This document shows positions 1 through 7,719 of a stretch of DNA of 64,000 nucleotides, in pieces. The translations under genes and the position numbers were made by a program. Source of the DNA: Alphaproteobacteria bacterium GM7ARS4. GTDB taxonomy: Bacteria; Pseudomonadota; Alphaproteobacteria; GM7ARS4. Under the pieces are notes generated by a model, which saw only the letters and a program-made list of their open reading frames with translations, did no database searches and had not been told where the DNA came from. The stretch covers positions 38,207 to 102,206 of the forward strand of contig JACONL010000003.1 in NCBI GenBank assembly GCA_014332745.1, given 5' to 3'. Every line of letters begins with the position of its first letter. Position 1 is the first letter of the stretch.

Positions 1-3000
1 GTCCATGCCACATCTGTTGAGTCGAAAAATGACAATGTATCGTCAAGGGACGCCATGCCATCGCCAAAGGCGGTATGGAGATGCAAGCGGCCAAGGGCAT
101 CGAACAGCATGGTACCATCTTTGTCAGCGATTCGTTGATAATGGGAAGAACAGAGTCCGCCGCCTATAATGATACGAAGACCTTCGATGTTACAGAAGGC
201 GCTTCCTAAGACTCTTTCACCGATAGCCTCAGAGAGCTTTTGCTGGCCATCGTCATTGTTCTCTTGTGGCGCTGGTGGGCCACGTCCGCTACTATCTCTA
301 TCTCGCGGCGGCGTTGGATTGAGCATAGCGCATGCGACATGGGTTGAGCGGTCATTGCCGATAATAGTGCCTGATGCCGGCATCTGCCCACTAAAGAGGG
401 GCATACGTGTAAAGGGGCGTGATGCGCATGCTAAATCCAGCAATCCATGCCCATGCCGACGCATGGCGTAGTCGTTCCTGCGGTCGCCATCGAGATCAAA
501 GCGTTTGTCGGCCGTGAGGAGAATGCGTTCCACCAATTCGCGAGACTCTATTTGCACGCTTTCGGCGTTAAAGGCATCTTGTAGAATGGCAATGCCTCCC
601 GCCACCAACGCGGCGGCGGCATTGGCGGAGACAATGCTTTCACTGGAGAGACGATGTTCATAGCCTTGTGCGCCTTTCACGCGGTAGCGGTAGCGTCCGG
701 GGGCGGCGATACAGAATCCCTTTGCCACCGTGCCACAAGACGTCTGTCCGTCCTCTACGGCCACGACAGTGAGTGAGAGTGGGCGTATGGCCTCAGAGAA
801 GGCGGGAAGCCCTGCCATCAGCCCCACATCACTGGGCGCGCTTCCTCCTACCAATTGGTGAGGGTCTGATGCGGCGAAGACATAAATATCGTGTGTCGTG
901 GCGCGCCGGGCGCCAGCATGCGCATCATCTGTCAATCCCGCCTCTAATGCCTCGAGGATGTTATGCCTCCCGTGTCCATAGAGGGCATGCACAGCGTCCA
1001 AGCCTTCGTCTTCATCGCGCATAAACAAAGCGTGGTAATGGGCAAGATTGTTTTGCCTCTCATGGCGTATTGTATTCTCTAGGAGGACAATGTTGCGGGT
1101 CAGGTCTGGGAGACGTCTTGCGGTATCGATGCCTCGCGCCCGATAGATAAGGTCTATGGCATTAAAGGCGTCATTCCCTATGCGCGGTGTGGACAAGAAA
1201 CGCATCGATGCGCTCGGGGCGACGCCATGGATATTTGCTGCCAGCCTGTCATTGTCAGTGCTTCGGTGGGGGTCCATCAAGCCATTGACAAGGGCCAGCA
1301 TGCCCATATGTTGAGGCGTTGCCGCCTTGAGTGTTTGTGGTGCCAGCAATGCTGTGCTATCCCCTCTGTCATTCTGTCCTTGTAGGCTTGTGTCCGTATT
1401 CGTGACGATTTGGTAGGACTCGATATTGCCTTGTCCTTGTCCGTAGACTCTTCCTATGACATGGTAGGAAGAGGCGTCATCACCATGGGTGAGAAAAATA
1501 CGTCCTTGTGCCCGATATTCCCTTTGTCCTATGGTGGTGATATCCATCACCTCTCTTAGGATATTGAGGGATATATCGGACGTGTCACTGCCACTGAGAC
1601 GTTGGTAAAAGGCATCGAGAAAGGCTTGTCGCCTACGTCCAGCCACAGAAGCCACGTCGCCGCCAAGGAGGTCTTGCCTTGCCAATTGGTCTAGGGGCAT
1701 GGATGTGTCCTCTGTGCCGTCTGTATGGCGGAGGGCGAGGTTTATGGGGAGAGAGAAAAATCCTTGCGAGATAGCATCGGTGATGAATCCATCGTTATAA
1801 AAGACGACATGGTCCATGTGGTCGCCTGCGAACATGGTCTCTAGCAATTGAGACGCTGTTCTCTCTTGGTCGAGACGCACCATAAAGCGCGCTAATGTCT
1901 GGTAATCATCGGTATGGGCGCTACTGAATTCGGGGTGGGTCGGGTCAAAGAGATGGTTGCTGATAACGCTGATAGAGGCGCCTTTTCCTGTGTTGAATTG
2001 GAGCGCATCAATGGTCTCGCCAGTGACGCGGTCTGGATGGGCGCGCACATAGGCTTGGGCAACGCCAATTCTGGCGAAAGAGGGTGTATTTTGGTATTCC
2101 ACGCGCAATTTTTCTTGTAGACTGCTTGTTGCTGTCGTCATGCCTGTGGCGCCTGTGAAAAATTCTGTCCTTGTGGTGTCTTCGCTTGAAGACAACGTTC
2201 CTTGTGCCGATGACGTGCGTGTGACGGGAAGACAACGGCGCTCTCCTCCCTCATCATCATAGGTCAGCCCTGCCTCAAGGCATTGCTGTCTCGTTATGCA
2301 TTGTCCATGGGCGCGCTCACCGATGTTTTGGCCGCTACGATTGAGGGTTATCTCATCCCCCAGAGAGGTGCAGTCGCGCGCTGTGCCGCTTATGCCTCCT
2401 AACACACAGACGTCGCCAAAGGCTTTTCCCCTCGGTGCTGTCGATGCGATACCGTTATCTTGGAAACAGACGTCTCTATCGATGCATTGATATGTGGATG
2501 CCGTATTGAGGGCAATTTTTCCCGCTCCACAGGCGCTCGTGCTGTCGTTCTCGTCACTGACGATACAACGGGGCATATCACCTGTCTCATAGACTCGCGC
2601 CACACCATCAGAGGCGCAATGGCGCGCATCAGGCGTGAGACATCGGTTATTGGCGACAATCTCCCTATCACCACATGCGAGCACACAGGAAGAGCCTTGG
2701 CTGTCGAGCAATTGTCCTCCATCGTCATGACACGCCGCTGCGCGCTCATCGACAGTGTTTTCCTCATGCAAGACACATGCGCCAGCGACAACGGCGCGCC
2801 GTGACGTGGGAACGAGGCAATCAGCAATGGAGATACAATTGCCATGTGGGCGCGCGCCAATGGCTGAGCCTGTGGCGTTATAGACATACAAGCCCACCCC
2901 ATCACGTCTGTCCCTCGTTCCCGCGCATGTTGTGGCAGAGGCAGACACGCACCCTCTGTTCTCGACGCCATGGCCCGCGTCGACACAACGCTCGATAGGC

Positions 3001-4664
3001 ACACACACATTGTCATGTGTCCCTAAAATCCCACTACGGATATACCCAGCGGCACACGCCATGGCATCGGCAACACAGCGGGCATGGCCAATGCGCTCTT
3101 CAAACACTTGTCCGCCCCGATAGGCGCAGCTCGATGGTGACGCATCAGAACATCGCAAGAGCCTCCCATCATCGAGACTCAAGGGAGAAATCCCCTCACC
3201 AACGGCACAAGAAGCAACGCAACCATCGCCAGCTCTGTTCAAAAAATAATTGTCAGGGCATGCCGCAAGACGCGCTGCCGTCGATGTGTGTTGAGTCATA
3301 TGGAGACAACGGGCATCCTCAATGATAAAACCCGCCATGGTCTCACATGACAGACGTGTTTGGCAGCGGGACGCGCTATGGTCTAAGAGGCGCTTTAGCA
3401 TGCCACATTGCTGTTCCGTAGGCGCGTCAGAACATAGCCTCCTATCGGCATCATAGCCTTGAGCAACGGGACAGAGGAAGGCACTGACACAGCGATTATC
3501 GATGAGGGCATCGCCCATAGAGCATGCGCTGGCGAGACGTCTCTCTTCACATGCCGTCCCGCGCACCAAGAAGCCCGCCATGTCCGTGCATGCTGTTTGT
3601 GTGATACATTGTGGCATAGCGCTTTCCTCAAAACCCACCACATAGTCGGCATTGGTGCATGCAGAGCTCAGCACGCATTGCCCATCATCCCTATCGCCGA
3701 GACGCTCGCCAGTGCCATTATAAATTCCTCCCGTGCCAACGCATGATGTGGGCGATGCGGAGACACATTGACGCGATGCACGATCTACACCACGTCCCGC
3801 TATGGTGCGACAGGATTCTTGAGGCAAGCACACATGGGCAAGGTCGGCAAAATCGCCAACGCCAAGTCCCGTGCCACGAACAGAAGAGGGAGGGCACTGG
3901 TCAATGGTCGCCACACACCGCCCGCCTTCCCCTTGTCGGTCTAGGAGGCGCATGATAGATGCACATTGGCGCGCTGTGGGTGTTGAGACGCATGTTTTTG
4001 TGGCCTCATCATAGCCATAGGGATTGGGGCAATGTGTGGCGGCGTCTCGGCATTGCCCATCAAAGACAGCCTCGCTATCCCCGCATGCGGTAGCAGTGGC
4101 GACACATGATGTCCCGTTTTTATGGAGAATGCGTCCAATGGTGGTGCATTGTGTGGCGGTTGTGGGTGTTGAGACGCATGTTTTCGTGGCCTCATCATAG
4201 CCATAGGGGTTAGGGCAATGTGTAGCGGCGTCTCGGCATTGCCCGTCAAAGACAGCCTCGCCATGTCCACACTGAGTCCCGTGGGCGACACATGCTGTGC
4301 CTAGGTGATTGAGAATCCTGTGGATGGCGACACATTCATCAGTCGTCGGGCTTGCGGTGCAAAGCCGTGTTTCTTGCTGATACCCTTGGGCGGCGGGGCA
4401 GCGCGTTGCCTCTTGACATCGTCCTTCCATGAAGGCGTCGCCTTCCGCGCATGGGACATCGTTGCCTATCTCAACCTGTTCGCCCATATGCATCATCATC
4501 ATGCTGACATTGTCGGAGCATGCCACACAGAGCAGGAGGGGCATATAAAGAGACAAGCGCGTCAGCCTCTGGTGTCTTCTGGGGGCGGCTGTTCTTGTGG
4601 ATTTTTTCGTGAGTCTTGCTATGGTGAGGCGGTGGACATGGGGAAGAAAAAGACGTTGCAACAT
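1..4664 (-). CDS. Very large secreted cysteine-rich repeat protein with a C-terminal subtilase (peptidase S8)-like domain; the 3' end runs off the left edge (possible autotransporter passenger)
   Basis: Absent from the ORF track because no stop codon lies in the window. Hand translation of the minus frame (codon first bases = 2 mod 3) is open from ATG 4664 (alternative ATG 4544) down to position 1, and no other ORF in that frame is listed in 1-4600. The N-terminus is a basic stretch followed by LSLYMPLLLCVAC, which is signal/lipobox-like. About 2230-4500 holds ~18 four-Cys modules, e.g. GQCRDAATHCPNPYGYDEATKTCVSTPTTATQC. About 330-2000 holds S8-like blocks: TGKGASISVISNHLFDPTHPEF, FCIAAPG, SANAAAALVAGGIAIL, GHGLLDLACA. 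Confidence 0.65.
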   Translation of the reverse strand, partial: MLQRLFLPHVHRLTIARLTKKSTRTAAPRRHQRLTRLSLYMPLLLCVACSDNVSMMMMHMGEQVEIGNDVPCAEGDAFMEGRCQEATRCPAAQGYQQETRLCTASPTTDECVAIHRILNHLGTACVAHGTQCGHGEAVFDGQCRDAATHCPNPYGYDEATKTCVSTPTTATQCTTIGRILHKNGTSCVATATACGDSEAVFDGQCRDAATHCPNPYGYDEATKTCVSTPTARQCASIMRLLDRQGEGGRCVATIDQCPPSSVRGTGLGVGDFADLAHVCLPQESCRTIAGRGVDRASRQCVSASPTSCVGTGGIYNGTGERLGDRDDGQCVLSSACTNADYVVGFEESAMPQCITQTACTDMAGFLVRGTACEERRLASACSMGDALIDNRCVSAFLCPVAQGYDADRRLCSDAPTEQQCGMLKRLLDHSASRCQTRLSCETMAGFIIEDARCLHMTQHTSTAARLAACPDNYFLNRAGDGCVASCAVGEGISPLSLDDGRLLRCSDASPSSCAYRGGQVFEERIGHARCVADAMACAAGYIRSGILGTHDNVCVPIERCVDAGHGVENRGCVSASATTCAGTRDRRDGVGLYVYNATGSAIGARPHGNCISIADCLVPTSRRAVVAGACVLHEENTVDERAAACHDDGGQLLDSQGSSCVLACGDREIVANNRCLTPDARHCASDGVARVYETGDMPRCIVSDENDSTSACGAGKIALNTASTYQCIDRDVCFQDNGIASTAPRGKAFGDVCVLGGISGTARDCTSLGDEITLNRSGQNIGERAHGQCITRQQCLEAGLTYDDEGGERRCLPVTRTSSAQGTLSSSEDTTRTEFFTGATGMTTATSSLQEKLRVEYQNTPSFARIGVAQAYVRAHPDRVTGETIDALQFNTGKGASISVISNHLFDPTHPEFSSAHTDDYQTLARFMVRLDQERTASQLLETMFAGDHMDHVVFYNDGFITDAISQGFFSLPINLALRHTDGTEDTSMPLDQLARQDLLGGDVASVAGRRRQAFLDAFYQRLSGSDTSDISLNILREVMDITTIGQREYRAQGRIFLTHGDDASSYHVIGRVYGQGQGNIESYQIVTNTDTSLQGQNDRGDSTALLAPQTLKAATPQHMGMLALVNGLMDPHRSTDNDRLAANIHGVAPSASMRFLSTPRIGNDAFNAIDLIYRARGIDTARRLPDLTRNIVLLENTIRHERQNNLAHYHALFMRDEDEGLDAVHALYGHGRHNILEALEAGLTDDAHAGARRATTHDIYVFAASDPHQLVGGSAPSDVGLMAGLPAFSEAIRPLSLTVVAVEDGQTSCGTVAKGFCIAAPGRYRYRVKGAQGYEHRLSSESIVSANAAAALVAGGIAILQDAFNAESVQIESRELVERILLTADKRFDLDGDRRNDYAMRRHGHGLLDLACASRPFTRMPLFSGQMPASGTIIGNDRSTHVACAMLNPTPPRDRDSSGRGPPAPQENNDDGQQKLSEAIGERVLGSAFCNIEGLRIIIGGGLCSSHYQRIADKDGTMLFDALGRLHLHTAFGDGMASLDDTLSFFDSTDVAW
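3975..4259 (-). repeat. In-frame 186-bp tandem duplication inside the Cys-rich gene
   Basis: Near-identical ~99-bp cores at 3975-4073 and 4161-4259, offset by 186 nt. Both encode EAVFDGQCRDAATHCPNPYGYDEATKTCVSTPT. The out-of-frame track ORF 3941..4291 shows the same duplication (ARLSLTGNAETP / ARLSLMGNAETP). Confidence 0.85.
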
Positions 4665-4711
4665 GGTCGTAATTCTATAGTCTGTTCGTCTGAGATAGAG
4701 GCGTCGATAAA

Positions 4712-4792
<81 letters not shown>

Positions 4793-4795
4793 CTG

Positions 4796-4882
4796 GGAGA
4801 GGTGGCAGAGTGGTCGAATGCGCTGGTCTCGAAAACCGGTATGGGGGCAACCCCATCGAGGGTTCGAATCCCTCCCTCTCCG
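4796..4882 (+). tRNA. tRNA-Ser (anticodon CGA), long variable arm, CCA not encoded
   Basis: Acceptor ggagagg/cctctcc, anticodon stem ctggt/accgg with loop ctCGAaa, variable arm tatgggggcaaccccatc, T arm gaggg-ttcgaat-ccctc, discriminator g. Confidence 0.85.
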
Positions 4883-5013
4883 CACGAGACACACGCATGA
4901 TGCATGCGCCCCCTCCGCACCCATTTAGTGACGACTGCACCCCCTGTATGTCATAAAAAGACGAAGCGCGATGTTCTCGCTTGTCCTATCCCTCGTGCCA
5001 AGGGCGACACTGA

Positions 5014-7170
5014 CTACATGAGGTGATGTAGGCGGTATTTTTCTAGGTAAGGCTTCAGAGTGAAATAGGTCTCGCTATAATTCTCTGAGAGCTTGGCGAA
5101 TTCAGCGATTCGCCTTAGTTCTGCCTCTGCCAATTTTTTTCCATCACGGGAGGCATACCCGTCTCTTTCCTTCAGCATGACGCAAAAGTCATAGATGATG
5201 GCCTTTTCCTTATGCGGGCTTTTCCTGAGGATTCGTCCCCGTCTTTGGATGAATTGGCGGGAATTTCTCGTACTGGCGAGAATAAACGCTGTCTTACATG
5301 CGGGGATATCGACACCTTCATCTAAACATTTCATGGCCACCAAGGCATGGATGTCGCCATCCTTAAAATCATCCAAAATGCCCTCCCTTTCCTTTTTGTT
5401 TTGCGCCGCCGTGAATTGACTGGTTCGCCATCCATGCCTATGCGCTATCTTCTGTATGGCGCTAATGTGCTTGACATCGTCCTGTCCATCGTCCGCGCTC
5501 TCACCTTCTAACGTCCCTTCAGCACAATAAAACAGGGTGTATTTGATAGGTTTTTTTATGTCCCTGAGTATGTCTGCTAGTTTTGTTCTTTTGCTTTCTG
5601 CTCCATTGACGACCTGTGTTCGTTTCCTCAACAGCGTGTTGAGACGCATACGGGCCTGTTGACTGTTCCCCGTATCACCTGAATTTTCGAGGATGGCGTA
5701 TAGACGGGCTATCTCTTTTGAGAGGGTTATATAGTCCTCTGTTTCGGCATGGTTGAGTTCTGTGAGCATAGGATAATAGTCATAGGGCGTGAGCACGCCA
5801 TCATCGAGGGCATCTTTCAGGGAATATGTGGAGACGACTTTGCCATAATAGCGGTTGATACGATGGGCGCTTTCGTCCTCCTCATCTTGTTCCTCTCTCC
5901 GTGTCCCAGGGGTGGCGGACAATCCCATGCGAAATCGCGCCTTGGCGGGCAGAGATTGCGCTGTTCTGTCAGCGCCATGGTGATGGCACTCATCGCCAAT
6001 GAACAAGAAGGGGATGTTCTCCTTGAGCCTCTGTAGCTGGCCTAGAAATGTGCCCTTTGGCGATGTCAATGTGGCATTGACGACGATGGCAACACAGAGG
6101 TCAATATGACCCCGATGGAGGGCTGATATGTTCCTGTCTAACCTGTCGCGCCATGTCTTTTCACCGCCATAGCACATGATGGGATGGAGCTTGAAGAGCC
6201 GCATATTCTCTGCCCATTGCTCGGCAAGGTTCTGGTAAGGGACGGACACAACCACGAACAAACGTTTTTTCTCTTCATAGAGTTCTACAGCGCCATAAAT
6301 TGCGGTGATGGTTTTGCCAGAGCCTGTGGCATGCTCAAAGATCCCATGGTCATTGTTTCTTTTCCATGATTCCAAAGCGTCCCTTTGGTGCGGTCTTAGT
6401 TGGATACCCCCACGTCTCTTTTCTTGGTCTTGCGGGGGAGGGGGGGACTCGCCTGTATCATACCATGCCTGCCATAGAGCGATTTCGTCCTGTATGCTCG
6501 GGCGGTGAATGGATGATTGTGACAGCACGTTTTGCGCTATGGATGAAAAATCGATGACATGCGTGTCTTTCGCTCGGTTGTGCCATAGGTCATCGAAACT
6601 GGTGATATGTGGTTCATAGTGGTCTTTAAATTCATGACGCCAGCCCTTAAACACATTGATTGTTTCATAGTTGAACGGGAGTAAAGCACTGAGGGTTTCA
6701 TTGGCAGAGCCCTGAAAGACGATAAAATCGTCATGTGTATCCCTAAAGATACCAATTTTCTGGTGGTGTATGCCATGTCGTCTCAGGGCGATCTTGACAT
6801 CGAGGGCGCGTTCCCGCACCATCCATGTCAGCACATTGAGCTGATGTTTAAAGAGGTCTGAGTCGTCGCTTTGAACGATACGGCGAAAATCATGCTCTAG
6901 CCTCTCTTTGATGGGACGTACGTCATATCCCTTTTTGATGGCTTGGTATTCCTCCTCGCTGAGGGTGGCGCCACAGACAAGGCGCATGTACCCTCCGTTT
7001 TCGATAAAGACGGCAAGGCCACTGGCGGCGCTCGTCAGCATCTTGGCATCGAAATACCCAACGGCGCGGTCATAAGACACGGCATGGGAGAGGATGGGGA
7101 TGTAAAAGTCGGTGAGGATATTATCCTGTTCCGAATTATAGACGGCCTTGAGGGTGACGTCTCTCAGCAT
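5014..7170 (-). CDS. HKD (phospholipase-D family) nuclease domain fused to an SF2 ResIII/DEAH-type helicase; last gene of the candidate defence operon
   Basis: 718 aa. The N-terminal ~200 aa carry a single HKD motif, H136-Q-K138-IGIFR-D144 followed by GSAN (154-157), at nt 6700-6765. Helicase motifs are I HATGSGKT (K286), II DECH (393-396), III SATP and VI QRRGR (642-646). The ATG at 7170 lies 1 nt after the stop of the upstream gene. Confidence 0.85.
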   Translation of the reverse strand: MLRDVTLKAVYNSEQDNILTDFYIPILSHAVSYDRAVGYFDAKMLTSAASGLAVFIENGGYMRLVCGATLSEEEYQAIKKGYDVRPIKERLEHDFRRIVQSDDSDLFKHQLNVLTWMVRERALDVKIALRRHGIHHQKIGIFRDTHDDFIVFQGSANETLSALLPFNYETINVFKGWRHEFKDHYEPHITSFDDLWHNRAKDTHVIDFSSIAQNVLSQSSIHRPSIQDEIALWQAWYDTGESPPPPQDQEKRRGGIQLRPHQRDALESWKRNNDHGIFEHATGSGKTITAIYGAVELYEEKKRLFVVVSVPYQNLAEQWAENMRLFKLHPIMCYGGEKTWRDRLDRNISALHRGHIDLCVAIVVNATLTSPKGTFLGQLQRLKENIPFLFIGDECHHHGADRTAQSLPAKARFRMGLSATPGTRREEQDEEDESAHRINRYYGKVVSTYSLKDALDDGVLTPYDYYPMLTELNHAETEDYITLSKEIARLYAILENSGDTGNSQQARMRLNTLLRKRTQVVNGAESKRTKLADILRDIKKPIKYTLFYCAEGTLEGESADDGQDDVKHISAIQKIAHRHGWRTSQFTAAQNKKEREGILDDFKDGDIHALVAMKCLDEGVDIPACKTAFILASTRNSRQFIQRRGRILRKSPHKEKAIIYDFCVMLKERDGYASRDGKKLAEAELRRIAEFAKLSENYSETYFTLKPYLEKYRLHHLM

Positions 7171-7171
7171 C

Positions 7172-7714
7172 TTACGACTCTGCTGGTTTGTCGTCTGTGG
7201 ACTCTGTGGGTTTATCGTCTGTGTCCGTGGCGGGTTCTTCTTGCTTGGACGTCTCAGACAGATACCCGTCTTCTTTCAATCCTTTGATGATGGCGTGGGC
7301 AAGGGTGTCTCCATACCCTTTTTTCACCCATGTCGCTAAAATGTTGAGCCCTCGATGGGCATACTCCTCAAAAATTTGCTCCATACCTTTGTTCCTCTCC
7401 TGAGAGGCTTTCCCCTCGTCTGACGTGTCGTCGAGAATGGAGATGTCTTGCGTATCAGCCAGAGCAGTGATGAAGATGTAGTCATGGAGATCATCAGCGG
7501 CAAAATCATACCACTGTATTCTATCCTTTCCAGAGGAGTCGGCAGGCAGGGAGTCTGGTGGTACGCCGTCCTGATAGCCGAGGAGGGCGGCATAGCAGAG
7601 CAGCTCTCTATATGACTGGAAAATGGCGACCTTGCTTCCTCCTTGCTTCCTCGTCAATCCCTGCATGAGGGGTAGGTGTTTTTTATCAAAGTATATTGGA
7701 CGCATGACGGGCAC
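7172..7714 (-). CDS. Small protein of unknown function with an acidic tandem-repeat C-terminal tail; third gene of the candidate defence operon
   Basis: 180 aa. The core (FQSYRELLCYAALLGYQDG ... IFEEYAHRGLNIL) recalls, from memory only, small proteins annotated as Dnd system-associated. The tail is ATDTDDKPTESTDDKPAES. The gap to the upstream ATPase stop is 5 nt. Confidence 0.6.
   Translation of the reverse strand: MPVMRPIYFDKKHLPLMQGLTRKQGGSKVAIFQSYRELLCYAALLGYQDGVPPDSLPADSSGKDRIQWYDFAADDLHDYIFITALADTQDISILDDTSDEGKASQERNKGMEQIFEEYAHRGLNILATWVKKGYGDTLAHAIIKGLKEDGYLSETSKQEEPATDTDDKPTESTDDKPAES
7176..7223 (-). repeat. 24-bp tandem repeat (2 copies) encoding the acidic tail TDDKP(T/A)ES
   Basis: gactctgctggtttgtcgtctgtg (7176-7199) and gactctgtgggtttatcgtctgtg (7200-7223), 21/24 identical. 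Confidence 0.85.
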
Positions 7715-7719
7715 TCTCT

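Noticed and set aside
169-4291. Many listed ORFs of 60-205 aa on both strands (e.g. 2399..3016 at 205 aa, 3941..4291 at 116 aa, 4305..4721 at 138 aa)
   Set aside because: All lie inside, or antisense to, the single open minus-strand frame that runs from 4664 off the left edge. Their translations are low-complexity (His/Arg/Pro-rich), and one simply mirrors the 186-bp duplication out of frame. They are shadow ORFs.
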